A DNA stretch of 64,000 nt, taken from the NCBI GenBank assembly GCA_963804165.1, contig CAWDPO010000006.1, positions 64,001 through 128,000 on the forward strand, given 5' to 3'. Under the pieces are notes generated by a model, which saw only the letters and a list, made by a program, of their open reading frames with translations, was not told the origin of the DNA and made no database searches. Made by a program: the position numbers and the translations under genes. This DNA is from an uncultured delta proteobacterium (GTDB lineage: Bacteria > Desulfobacterota > Binatia > UBA9968). Below, in pieces: positions 9,655 through 21,500 of the stretch (its first letter is position 1; each line of letters begins with the position of its first letter).

Positions 9655-11280
9655 ATGGCTGAAACAAATGTGGCCGATACTTTGGTCGAATATCTTAGTT
9701 CCAGAGGCGTGCAAAATATTTTCGGCGTGCTGGCTCATACTTCGTTTGCGATCGGCGATGCCATTGCGAAACGCCCGCACATGAAATTTATCAATGCCCA
9801 GCACGAGGGCGGTGCAGGGAATATGGCGCTCGGCTACGCCCGCGCGACGAAAAAACCCGCTGTGTGTTTGGTTTCCGCCGGCGGCGGCGCGACCAACATC
9901 GTCACCGCCGTCGCGCAAGCTCACAAAGAATCCGTGCCACTGTTCGTCATCTCATCGGACATCGACACCGCCGCTTCAGCGAAAAGCCCTTATTCGTCGT
10001 TCCACGGGATGGAGCATGTGAGACTGTTTCAGCCGATCACCAAGCAGAGCGCAAAACTCGAACGCATCGAAGAACTAGGATCGCTGCTGGACACACTCTT
10101 CCGCCAGACCACGCGCGGTCGCCAAGGTCCGGTTTTTCTCATCGTCCCTGAAGATCTGCAGCATGAGAATCTTCCCGAGCCGTTGAGCTTCGCGCCCACG
10201 GCGGAGCCCGTCGCACCGGCGATGGACGCGGCCGCCACGCGTGTCGCCGTGGATCTGCTACTCCAGGCAAACACTCCGGTCGTACTCGCCGGCACCGGTG
10301 TCGACTGGGCAGGCGCGCGCGACGAAGTGCGCGAGCTTGCCGAGCTGTTATCGATGCCCGTTGCGGTGAGTTACACCGCCAAGGGCGTTTTTCCCGAGAA
10401 CCATCCGCTTGCGCTCGGTTGCCTCGGCTTCGGTAGCCGCCCTTATGCGCGTAAATTCTTTCAGGAGTCCGATTTGATTCTGGCTTTGGGCGCGACCTTC
10501 AGCGAAGGCACGACGATGCGCTTCGGCCACGAGATCATCCCCGCGAAGGCCAGGATCGTGCAGATCGACACCGATCCTGATGAGCTCGGCAGCAATTATC
10601 CGACCACGCTTTCGATTCAAGCCGACGCCAAGATCGCTCTTCGCGCGATCATCGATGAAGTCAAGAAACGCCAACCGAAGCCGGCAGCGACCGGTGCGAG
10701 AGCAGAATCGATCAAGCAAGCCAAAGAAGCTTGGAAGAACGACATCGAGCAAAAACCTGCCAACAACGGCTTGACCTACGAATCCGTGATGCGAGCGCTC
10801 AACGAGTTGCTCACGGGCAACGAAATTCTGACGACTTCGGGTATGACCGGCGACACGTTGCGCGGCATCGATGCCGTGAATCCGGTCATCCACGCCGGCG
10901 AGTTCCGCGCCATCGGCACCGCGCTTGCGACCGCAATGGGCGTCAAACTCGGCTGCCCCGATGCGCGCGTGATCTGCGTCACCGGCGACGGCTCGTTCAT
11001 GATGGAGCAGCAAGAGCTCGCGACTGCGACCTATCACAAAATCCCAATATTCGTCCTCATCCTGCGCAACAACGCCTACGGCGGTATGAAACGCGACCAG
11101 ATGAAAACCTACGGCGGCCGCGTCATCGGCACCGAGCTTTTCATCCCCGATCTACCCAAACTCGCCGAGCTTTACGGCGCCAAAGGTTTCGCCGTTACGC
11201 GCAAAGAAGAATTGAAACCGGTTTTCCAGCAAGCGCTGGCGTCGGATGATTTTGTCGTCGTGGATGTGAAGCTGGATTAA
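9655..11280 (+). CDS. Thiamine pyrophosphate-binding protein (acetolactate synthase-like)
   Basis: HEGGA catalytic Glu region, GDGSF...NN TPP-binding motif, AGGAGG RBS. Confidence 0.9.
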   Translation: MAETNVADTLVEYLSSRGVQNIFGVLAHTSFAIGDAIAKRPHMKFINAQHEGGAGNMALGYARATKKPAVCLVSAGGGATNIVTAVAQAHKESVPLFVISSDIDTAASAKSPYSSFHGMEHVRLFQPITKQSAKLERIEELGSLLDTLFRQTTRGRQGPVFLIVPEDLQHENLPEPLSFAPTAEPVAPAMDAAATRVAVDLLLQANTPVVLAGTGVDWAGARDEVRELAELLSMPVAVSYTAKGVFPENHPLALGCLGFGSRPYARKFFQESDLILALGATFSEGTTMRFGHEIIPAKARIVQIDTDPDELGSNYPTTLSIQADAKIALRAIIDEVKKRQPKPAATGARAESIKQAKEAWKNDIEQKPANNGLTYESVMRALNELLTGNEILTTSGMTGDTLRGIDAVNPVIHAGEFRAIGTALATAMGVKLGCPDARVICVTGDGSFMMEQQELATATYHKIPIFVLILRNNAYGGMKRDQMKTYGGRVIGTELFIPDLPKLAELYGAKGFAVTRKEELKPVFQQALASDDFVVVDVKLD

Positions 11281-11294
11281 TGCGATCCACGTGA

Positions 11295-11853
<559 letters not shown>

Positions 11854-11919
11854 CCTGCGAGTTGTATGCAGACTCTTACCGCTTTCGTCTAACTGACATC
11901 GACGCACCAAAATGAGCGC

Positions 11920-12216
11920 TTGCGACAAGGCGAACTCAAAGGCATTAAGGCAACGAAGAAGTTACAGTATTTAGTTCGTATTAACAAAGATCCCGACAGC
12001 GATTGGGGGGCTTCGGTGCCTGACCTACCAGGGTGTGTTGCAACTGGAAAAACGATCGATTCGGCTCTTCGACGCATTCAAAGCGCCATCGCGCTTCATC
12101 TTCGTGGACTGCGCGAGGATGGCATCAAACTACCCCTCTCTCGGCATCGCTCAGTTGCTCCAAAGCGCACACCGCGAGTAGTAGATTTTTACGCGACGGT
12201 CGAGGTTACCGCCTGA
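11920..12216 (+). CDS. hicB: HicB family antitoxin (no hicA adjacent)
   Basis: WGASVPDLPGCVATGKT...AIALHLRGLREDG. Confidence 0.85.
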   Translation: MRQGELKGIKATKKLQYLVRINKDPDSDWGASVPDLPGCVATGKTIDSALRRIQSAIALHLRGLREDGIKLPLSRHRSVAPKRTPRVVDFYATVEVTA

Positions 12217-12291
12217 CGACTCGCGTAAACTGTTTTAAAGATAGCCGCTGGTTTCCACTCCACTTCATCCGTGTTGCGAATCTACAATCTC

Positions 12292-12765
12292 TCAAATTAA
12301 GTGGTCGAGCAGGTCAGTTTTCGTCAGGATGATGTGACACCGTTGAACTTCGTTTAGTAAGTCGCTTCCTGTCATCCTAACATTGAAAAAGCTGTGGACA
12401 ATTGGCGGTTGGACCATCGTATCGAGTCTTGCGTCCCGATGAGGGTCTGGAATGAAGCAGATTCGCTTCTCCCCATCGACCCTGGGAGTAATGTCTCGCA
12501 ATCTCCCAGTATTGTCTTTCCAAACACAGTGGAACTCAGCCTCGCAAAACCGAGTCGTGTTGTTCTGCCATAAAATCCACCCGAAGATAAGTTCGCCACC
12601 GTGATATTTTTTCTGGATCATACAGTTGAGAACGCAGTGAAGCCTCTCCGGTGTGAAGCCGGCAACTCTTGTCAGTTTCATCCAAACTGCGGACGAGACA
12701 TCAAGTCCAATCTTGCTGATGAGACACGCCGCCTGAGCATTGATTTTCTTGGGTGTTGTCTCCAT
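12292..12765 (-). CDS. Hypothetical protein, possible Cys-His-Asp fold
   Basis: 157-aa ORF with C..N, GW, EAEFHCVW, DITP motifs. Confidence 0.6.
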   Translation of the reverse strand: METTPKKINAQAACLISKIGLDVSSAVWMKLTRVAGFTPERLHCVLNCMIQKKYHGGELIFGWILWQNNTTRFCEAEFHCVWKDNTGRLRDITPRVDGEKRICFIPDPHRDARLDTMVQPPIVHSFFNVRMTGSDLLNEVQRCHIILTKTDLLDHLI

Positions 12766-13243
12766 TGTTTGGCTTTAACCTATCTGGTTCCATCTCTGTC
12801 GTCTATCTGACACAATCACAGGTCTTGATTGTTTTCAGGCTTTGACGATAAAACGCAATACGTTAGTAGCTCAAGCATGAGGCATTGATCCTAAATAGTG
12901 CAAGCCAGATTTATTACTGCGCTTCGAGACATTGAAATTAAGGGCCAATTGGGCAAGGGATTCTGTTTGTCAAGCGGCCTGTTTCTCACGAACGATCAAA
13001 GCGTTGTCAGGGGACTCATTACAAAACCACTTGAAGCGTGCGCAGGGCGGCTTGAAATTGAAACTATCCAAAACGCTCCAGCCTCGGTATACAGCATCGA
13101 AAAGTTCGACACACTCGGCGATCGGGTAGAAGAAAGCAAGAGCCGGATTATTTCTCATCTCCGTTTCTTGCAGGCCTTTCTGATGGGAGCCTGACTCGTG
13201 CGGTATAACGCCGCCAATTCAGAGGCCGGTTTCTTTGAGTATC

Positions 13244-15233
13244 GATTCTGCTGAAGAACCCCTCATTTTGATTTGTGATCGACGTTAAGAATGGTGCTAC
13301 GACGAGGGTAATGTTGCCGAGCGAGAAATTTTGACCTGCTACGGCGCCACAAGCAAGAGAAGTGGCTCGCTCTTAGCCTTAGGCAGGGCTGAGAGCCGAT
13401 GTTCTCATCTGGAAGGCGAGCAGATTTAGATATCGTTTCACATTGCAAGCGGCTCCCATCAAATAATGCGATAGCCCGACTCGGCTCAGCCCCCGATATT
13501 TCGTCCGTCTCAGCCCGTGCCCGCGCACCAACTCGCTGTGGGTCCCCTCTATCCCGTTTCGCGGATGCATGCTCTTTGAGAACCCGCTCTGTTTCATTTC
13601 TCTGCGCCGCTGCTCGACCAGATCATGGCGCAGTCCCACGACCAAAGTTCTCCGTCCACTCTTGGAACGTGTACACTGATTTTGTACAGGACAACTATCA
13701 CATTGATTACCCCACTCGATGCGATAGTACTCGGTTCCCATGTAGCTATCTTTGATGCGGCTGCACTGCGTGCTGAGTTTGCCCTGGGGACAAACTGCCT
13801 GGCGTTTGTCGATATCAACATGGAACGCATCGCTATTGTACGCTCCCTTGTGCGGGTCGGGACACGTCGGGCCTAATAACTCGATGCCGTTTTGTTCAGC
13901 TTGCGTTAAGGTGTTCTCGGTGACGTAACCGGCATCGGTATACATCGCCTGGGGTGTGATCTCATGGTGCTGCTGTTCTCTTTTGAGCGTCTCGGTTAAA
14001 CCCGCCATCTCGTCCTGGGCCGCCTCGGTGGTCAGTATCTCGGTAATAAAATGCTCGGCGGGCTCGCCTTTTTTCTTGATGGGTTGTTGTGGATCGACGC
14101 TCTCCGCCACATGCACCTTGTAGCCGGTCCACTGCTTGGTCCTCTTATCGGCATAATGCGCATCGGGATCATGCGGGTTCTGTACCGCGCGGGGCGGCCG
14201 CTTGGTGGCGGGCTCAAGCTTTCCCTCGACCACCTCAAAGTGCTCCTCAAAGACCCGGCGCAAAAGTTTCACCGCCTCCCGTTCCCTGAGCTTAGAATCA
14301 TTTCTGTCTAGCCACTCCAAAAGCTCTCTCATGTGTTGCCCACACTGCCGATAGCGCCTATCGTGCTCGGTCTTGCTTAATCGCCAATCGAGTTTGCTCT
14401 GCACGTACAACTCCCATAGTCTGTCCCAAAACTCGGGCCGCTTTTTCTTCCCAACTTCATGTTCCAAATCCTCCACCGCCAAGCGCAGCGTCTCCATCGC
14501 GCACTCCAAGTAGCTCATCGCTTTCACGTATCCACGATATGGGTGCTATCGAGCCGCTGCTTGCCCTTTTTCTTCACCAATCCCAACTCCACCAGGAGCT
14601 TTAAGATCCCGTCAAAAATCATCCGCTCGGCTTTTTTCTTTTCCAGCCGGTCGCGAAAATAAACCAACACCGTGGAATGAAACCCGTCGTAGTCCAGTTC
14701 CAAATCCAGGGCGTACTTCCAACCCAAGTGATACACCACCTGCTCGGTGGCCGAGCGGTCGGCCGCTTTCTCCATGAACTGCAGCAGCGTCACCCCGCAT
14801 AACAGCACCGGATCGATAGCCGGTCGCCCGTTATCCTCGCAGTAAAGCGCATGAAGCTTAGCTGAAAGCTCTAAAAGCTTGGGCCAGATCTTTTTAAACA
14901 GCGGTAGCGGTTGGCGGACCGAAAAGATTTCAGCAAGATAGACGGTTGATAAAAGCTTCTCTGGGATCGGCAGTGCTTACTCATGGAAAATATGAAGGCA
15001 CATCTCGCTGTAACGTTATAATAACTAGAGTCGCAAATGAACTATCCCACTAAAGTCCAGGCATCCGCACAAAAGGCCGTCTCAGGTTGTGTAACTGCGC
15101 TGCCCTAGCTGCGGCATTGATATCGAACCAGGGGAGATGGTGCAGTGGAAAGTCGACACCCGTTACAAACTCTTCCTCATCCGCCAACGACCTAAGAAAA
15201 GAAAATAACCATGAGGGGTTTTTCAACAGAATC
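13244..15233 (-). mobile_element. IS1182-like insertion sequence (1990 bp)
   Basis: TIRs GATTCTGCTGAAGAACCCCTCAT / ATGAGGGGTTTTTCAACAGAATC (21/23 match), 6-bp TSD AGTATC at 13238-13243 and 15234-15239. Confidence 0.9.
13379..14984 (-). CDS. IS1182-family DDE transposase (frameshifted)
   Basis: GRPAIDPVLL N-terminus, RLDSTH, GYKVH, DAGY, CxxC, RNGIEGT...YRGL C-terminus split over several frames. Confidence 0.85.
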
Positions 15234-15977
15234 AGTATCCATACAAGGCCCTTGCTGCGCAGGTTTCGACTCACTCGCTAGCCATTCAGTTCAGTGACGC
15301 TAGGGGCACGTGCGATGTAAAAACCTTTGATGGACAAGATCTTACGAGCGCTCGGGATATTATTCAGACGGTGTTCGGTGCCGACGAGGAAACTTTTGAA
15401 TCTGTCAAGATTAACCCGACGATTCCGCACGAAATCGATCGGCTCGAACGTGCGTGGTATTTTGCGCAAGCAGCCAGGGCTACTTCAGACGTTGGTTTGA
15501 AGCTCTCAAACTACATGACCTGCCTAGAGTGTCTCTTCACAACGGATTCCCACGAATTGTCTCACAAATTGTCTGAACGAGTAGCTGCTTTTTTGGGTGC
15601 TAATCTGAACGAACGAAAAACGATCTATCGCCGAATAAAGGATTCATATAACGTACGATCGAAAGTTGTTCATGGTGATCGCTTAACACCGAAGCTTATC
15701 GGACGGTAAGGGAGTTGTCTGCAACCTGCGATGACTTGCTCCGACGCACACTCCTAAGAATCTTTCGCGATAAGAAGTTGGAGGAAATTTTCCGAGGCGA
15801 GAACAACCTGCTAGAAGAACACTTTCTCGATGCAACACTTGGTGACATAACTGGTGACAACCAGAAGCCGGAAATTTAGTGTTAGGCATTTGCGTTGATT
15901 GAACTTAATTTCCGCTCGCTCGCAATAACTGAGTACGCATACCGCACAAGTTTTCCGTTTCTAAGAGGAGAAATACA

Positions 15978-16454
15978 ATGCCACTTCAACTACGACGGAT
16001 AGTCACCGGACATGACTCCAACGGCCGTGCGGTCGTCAAGATCGATGAGGTTTCCAAAAATCTCGTCTCGAGTCGACCAGGATCGACGGCTTGTGTGGTG
16101 TGGACTTCGGAATCTTTTCCGGTCGACAACACAGGCGACACCGACGAGGGACTACGAAAGGTCGGAACGACGTTGAACAACGGCACGGTGTTTCGCGTCG
16201 TCGAGTTCGCGCCTGGGGTCGCACCGCGGGTTCATCGGACGGATTCCATCGATTACGCCGTCGTCATGTCGGGCGAGATCGACATGGAACTCGACGACTC
16301 TGTCGTCCATTTGAAAGCCGGCGACGTGCTCGTGCAGCGCGGCACGATCCACAATTGGGTCAATCGCGGTACCGAAGCTTGCGTGATCGCTTTCATCCTT
16401 ATCGACGCCAAGCCGGTAGAGGTTAGCGGTAAAGTTCTGCATGCCGAAGGATAG
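15978..16454 (+). CDS. Cupin domain protein
   Basis: RRIVTGHD, HRTDSIDY...GEI...GDVLVQRGTIHNW. Confidence 0.92.
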   Translation: MPLQLRRIVTGHDSNGRAVVKIDEVSKNLVSSRPGSTACVVWTSESFPVDNTGDTDEGLRKVGTTLNNGTVFRVVEFAPGVAPRVHRTDSIDYAVVMSGEIDMELDDSVVHLKAGDVLVQRGTIHNWVNRGTEACVIAFILIDAKPVEVSGKVLHAEG

Positions 16455-16458
16455 TTCG
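16242..16458 (+). repeat. 217-bp direct repeat copy 1 (cupin 3' end)
   Basis: Matches 21766-21982 with 18 mismatches by manual count. Confidence 0.9.
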
Positions 16459-16653
16459 GCGTAAGTCTGTAGATTCCTCCCGGTTCAAAAAATTTGACTT
16501 CGTTGAGCATCTTGCCAGCTGAAGCCAGTCTTTCAGACATGCTATACGCGCCTTCCTTGGTTGGTCTAAATCCCTAATTTCTCTGCCAATTAACAAAACT
16601 AATTGCCACGCATTGTCTCTTGAACACATGTTTAATACAATTGTTTGAAACAT

Positions 16654-17340
16654 ATGATTAAAAGACAATTAAAGCCGCTCCCTGAAGAAAGCTCGGATAC
16701 CGAAAAGCGACTTCTGGATGCCGCCGGCGAGGTGTTTGCCGAGTTCGGCTTTCGCACCGCCACGGTACGCCAGATCTGCAAAAAGGCCGGAGCGAATGTC
16801 GCAGCTGTTAACTATTATTTCCGGGACAAAGAAGGACTCTATTTGGCCGTGCTGCGTTCAGTCCCAGACGCGCACGCGGAAAAATATCCATCGCAAGTCG
16901 GCTTAACCTCCGACGCGACGCCGGAACAGCAATTGCGCGTTTACGTTCAATCGCTGATGCATCGCGTCTTCGACGCCGGCCGCCCCGGCTGGCACTCGAA
17001 AATAATCGCCCGAGAGATGGTGGAACCGACCCGCGCGCTCGATACCCTTCTCGAAGACGTTGCCCGGCCGCTGCACCGCGAACTGGCAAGTATCGTCCGC
17101 CGGTTGCTCGGCTCTGCCGCGACAGATGAAAATGTGCGGCTGGGTGCGCTTAGTGTCATGGGCCAGTGCGTCTACTATCACCACTCTCGCACAGTCCTGA
17201 AACGTCTCTATCCGGAGCAAATGTATGGCGCCGAAGATATCGCGCGCATGGTGGATCACATCACCGAATTCTCTCTGGCGGGACTGCAAGAATTTGCCCA
17301 CGGAAGGCAAGCAAACAGCCATGTTCATAGCAAAAACTAA
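16654..17340 (+). CDS. TetR/CecR-like transcriptional regulator
   Basis: TetR HTH ATVRQICKKAGANVAAVNYYFRDKEGLY; CerR-type C-terminal domain; first gene of RND operon. Confidence 0.9.
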   Translation: MIKRQLKPLPEESSDTEKRLLDAAGEVFAEFGFRTATVRQICKKAGANVAAVNYYFRDKEGLYLAVLRSVPDAHAEKYPSQVGLTSDATPEQQLRVYVQSLMHRVFDAGRPGWHSKIIAREMVEPTRALDTLLEDVARPLHRELASIVRRLLGSAATDENVRLGALSVMGQCVYYHHSRTVLKRLYPEQMYGAEDIARMVDHITEFSLAGLQEFAHGRQANSHVHSKN

Positions 17341-18544
17341 ATCGCTGATCACCCAACACGCGCTCGGGATGACGCCATACATCGCTCTGGTCGTCCTCGC
17401 CGCTTGCGGCGGCGATCGACCCGCCACCGCAGTGCCCGAGAGTCTGACACCGGCGCGTCAGGTGCGGGTGATTCAGGCCGCGGAAATAGAGACGGCGCGA
17501 TTGGTCAGCGCCAGCGGAACCTTGGCGGCGGAAGAGCAAATTATTTTAGGCACTAAAGTGATCGGCCGCCTGGGCGAGATCAGCGTCGACCTCGGCAGCC
17601 GCGTGCGCAAAGGCCAAGCGATCGCGCGTATAGACCAAAGCGACTATCGGCTGCGTGTCGATCAAGCGGAGGCGGCACTCCAACAAGCGCGTGTCCGCCT
17701 CGGCCTCGCGCCGACGGGAAACAGCGACAAAGTCGACATCGACCAGACGGCAACGGTGCGCCAGGCGGCGGCCGTGCTTAAAGAAGCCCATCTCAGCCAT
17801 GGCCGAATGGTGGAGCTCTGGGAGCGAAAATTTATCGCTCGCGCCGAGCTCGACACGGCAGTGTCACAACTGGCGGTGGCCGAGGGGCGCTATCAAGACG
17901 CCATCGAAGAAGTGCGCAACCGCCAGGCGGTAATGGTGCAACGCCGCTCTGAGCTCGAAATCGCACGACAGCAATTTGCCGATACGGTCATCACATCGCC
18001 TTTCGACGGCGCCGTCAGTGAACGCCAAGCTTCCGTCGGCCAGTATCTGCCCGCCGGCGCATCCGTCGTGACGCTCGTGCGCACCGATCCTTTGCGCTTG
18101 CGCCTGGCGGTCCCCGAACGAGAGGCCGGACTCGTGCGCATTGGGCAAAGCGTCGACCTAACCGTCGAGGGTGACCCAAACAAATATCAAGGCCGGGTCG
18201 CTCGGCTGTCGCCCGCCATCGCCGAAAACAATCGAACTCTCATGATCGAAGCAGAAGTGGCCAACAGGCAAGGCGCGCTTCGCCCGGGATCTTTTGCGAA
18301 AGCGGACATCGTCGTCGAGTCGGGACAGCGCATCGTCACGGTGCCCGCCGACTCCATTGTAACCTTCGCCGGCATCGAAAAGGTGCTCACCGTGGCGAAT
18401 AACGCCGCCGTCGAGAAACGAGTGCGCACGGGGCGGCGCATCGACAATCGAGTCGAGATCATCGACGGCATCCGCGCCGGTGAACAAGTCGTCATGCAGC
18501 CGGGCAATTTGATCAACGGCGAACCGGTGCAAGTGACTCACTAA
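17321..18544 (+). CDS. RND efflux periplasmic adaptor (MFP)
   Basis: Lipobox LAAC, lipoyl-like halves, coiled hairpin, SPFDG, LRPGSF. Confidence 0.93.
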   Translation: MFIAKTKSLITQHALGMTPYIALVVLAACGGDRPATAVPESLTPARQVRVIQAAEIETARLVSASGTLAAEEQIILGTKVIGRLGEISVDLGSRVRKGQAIARIDQSDYRLRVDQAEAALQQARVRLGLAPTGNSDKVDIDQTATVRQAAAVLKEAHLSHGRMVELWERKFIARAELDTAVSQLAVAEGRYQDAIEEVRNRQAVMVQRRSELEIARQQFADTVITSPFDGAVSERQASVGQYLPAGASVVTLVRTDPLRLRLAVPEREAGLVRIGQSVDLTVEGDPNKYQGRVARLSPAIAENNRTLMIEAEVANRQGALRPGSFAKADIVVESGQRIVTVPADSIVTFAGIEKVLTVANNAAVEKRVRTGRRIDNRVEIIDGIRAGEQVVMQPGNLINGEPVQVTH

Positions 18545-21500
18545 TGCAGAAGCTCGCTGAAGTTTGTATTCGCCGGCCGGTCTTCGCTTCGATGATCATC
18601 CTCGCCTTAGTGGTCGTCGGCGCGGCCAGTTATTTTCGCCTCGGCGTCGACCGTTTCCCATCGGTCGATCTGCCCAACGTTTCAGTTCGCACCAGTCTGC
18701 CTGGAGCTTCTCCCGAGGAAGTCGAAGCCGTGATCTCGCGGCCCATCGAAGAGGTGGTTAATACCGTCGAAGGCATTCAGGAGCTACGCTCCATCTCCGG
18801 ACAGGGCACTTCCTTCGTCATCGCCACGTTCAATCTGGATCGCGACATCGACACCGCCGCTCAAGATGTGCGCGACCGTGTCGCCACGGTGCTCAACCGG
18901 TTGCCGGATGACGCGACTCCTCCGGTGATATCGAAGTTCAACAACGAAAATACCCCGATCCTGACGATCGCCGTCTCCGGTAATCGTTCCCTGCGCGAGC
19001 TCACGGAATTTGCCGACAAGATCATCAAGGTGCAGCTCGAGCGCTCGGCCGGGGTCGGCGAAGTGCGCGTCGTCGGCGGCTTATCGCGGGCAATCAATAT
19101 TTGGATCGATGCCGACCGGCTGGCGGCCTATCAGATTCCCATCACCGCGGTGCGCAACGCCATCCAGCACCAGAACGCCGATATCCCCGGCGGCAACGTC
19201 ACCGGCGGCGCTCAGGAGGAAGTGCTGCGCACCATGGGGCGCATCGTTGCGCCGCGGGCGTTTAATGACTTGACCGTGGCGACGGTCAACGGCGCGCCGA
19301 TTCGCATCCGCGACATCGGATCGGCCGAGGACGGCACCAAAGAGCAGCGCTCGTTGTCACGGCTCAACGGCGTGCCGACGGTTCAGTTGCAGATATTGCG
19401 TCAATCCGGGGCCAACACTGTGGCGGTCATCGAAGCCGTCAAAGCGAACCTCGATCGGGTAAAACGTCAGGTGCCCTCAGACATAAAGTTGGAAATCATC
19501 CGCGACCAGTCGCGCTACATCTACGCAGCGCTGCACGAGATCAACCTGCACCTGGTCCTCGGCAGCATCCTCGCCTGCATCGTAGTACTCGCGTTTATGC
19601 GCAGCTGGCGCTCGACCGCGATCGCGGCGGTGGCGATACCCGCATCGGTGATCTCTACCTTCGGCATGATGTGGGCCCTCAATTTCACCCTCAACAGCGT
19701 GACTATGCTCGCCCTGGTGTTGATGGTCGGCATCGTCATCGATGACGCCATCGTCGTCTTGGAAAACATCTTCCGCTTCGTCGAAGAAAAACGCATGAGC
19801 GCTTTCGAGGCGGCGCGCGCTGCCACCGCAGAAATCGGTTTGGCGGTCATGGCGACAACATTCAGCCTGGTGGTCATCTTCGTCCCCGTCGCCTTCATGT
19901 CGAGCATCTCGGGGCGTTTTCTGTATCAATTCGGCATTACTTCCGCGGTCGCTGTGCTGGTGAGCCTGCTCGTCTCATTCACGCTTACGCCGATGATGAG
20001 CGCGCGCATGCTGCGCCACGAAGATGCCGCGGCGGGCGGCGACGATGCCCATTCACGACAGGGATTCTACGGCTGGCTCGACCGCCGCTATGAACGTATG
20101 CTCGCCTGGTCCATGGGACATCGCATGGCGGTGATGTCGCTCGCCGCCGCGGTGATCATCTCGTCGATCCCGCTCTACAGAATGGTGCGCCAGGAATATA
20201 TTCCCACCAACGTCGACGAAGCCGAGTTCGACGTCAACGTGACCGCCCCCGAAGGCATCAGCCTCGCCTCCATCGACAAGATCATGCAGATGGTCGAAAG
20301 CGAAATTCGCGCGTTGCCGATGGTGCGTCTGCTGCTCTGCGACGCCGGCGGCAGCTTCTTGGGCGGCGTAAATCAGGGAAGCTGCTATGTCCGGATCGCG
20401 CCCCACGACGAGCGCATTTTCTCGTTGGCACGTCTCTGGCGCGAAACACTGCGCGGCCAACCCTGGGTCGCCTTTACCGACATCACGTCGCAACGCGACG
20501 TGATGCAGCAAGTGCGCGCCCGGCTGGCCCGCTACACGGACTTGCGCACCTCGGTCCGCAACGCGCCGTCGTTCAACATCGGCAGCGGCAACTGGGACAT
20601 CGATTTCGTTCTGCGCGGACCGGATCTGAAAGCGCTGGCCGACTATGCCGATCAGTTGCGCATCCGTTCGAAGGATTTGGGTATCATCGATGCCGATACT
20701 ACCCTCAAGCTCAGCAATCCCGAGCTGCGCGTGATCATCGATCGCCAGCGCGCCGCCGACTTGAACGTGAACACCGAGGATATTGCCACGGCGTTGCGCC
20801 TGATGGTCGGCGGCGACACCGAGGCGTCGCGTTTTATCGACCCGAGCGTCAACGAAGAATACGACGTGCAGCTGCGCCTCGCGTTAAGCGATCGCGCCGA
20901 CATCGGCACGATTTCGCGACTCTACGTGCCGCGCACCGGCACGGGCGGTCTTATTCGCCTCGATAACCTGGTCAAAGTCGAAAACGTCAAAAGCGCATCG
21001 CGCATCGATCGTCTCGACCGCCAGCGCCAGGCGAGCCTGCGCGCTCAGATCGCGCCGGGCTACGCCCTCGCGGACCGCCTGGAAGCGCTCAATCAAGCCG
21101 TGCGCGAGATGAATTTACCGATCGAATATTCGACCATCGTGTCCGGCCGGGGCCGCGAGCTGGAGCGGACCTTCACCGAATTCCTATGGGCTTTTCTGCT
21201 GTCGATCATCTTCATGTACATGATCCTCGCCTCGCAGTACGAGAGCACGATCCATCCATTCACCATTTTGCTCTCATTGCCGCTCTCCATTCCATTTGCG
21301 TTGTTCTCGCTATGGGTGACCGGCAATACGCTGAATTTGTATTCGGCGCTGGGAATTTTGGTGCTGTTCGGCGTCGTCAAGAAGAATGCAATCTTGCAAA
21401 TCGATCATATGAACCGCCTGCGCGAGAAAGGCGTGGAGCGGCTTGCCGCGATTATGCGCGCAAATCGCGACCGGCTTCGCCCTATCCTCATGACCACCCT

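Larger units (their letters stand above)
12898..15879 (+). pseudogene. ApeA-like HEPN-domain protein disrupted by IS insertion, nonsense codon and frameshift
   Basis: Removing the IS (13244-15233) and one TSD copy joins 12898-13243 in frame with ORF 15371-15709 (...GFFEY|PYKALAA...); HEPN Rx4H motif RSKVVH; TGA at 13192; frameshift near 15700; stop TAG 15877-15879. Confidence 0.8.

Noticed and set aside
13192-13194. In-frame TGA in the HEPN gene as selenocysteine
   Set aside because: No redox motif; context fits a TGG(Trp) to TGA nonsense change in a gene already broken by an IS
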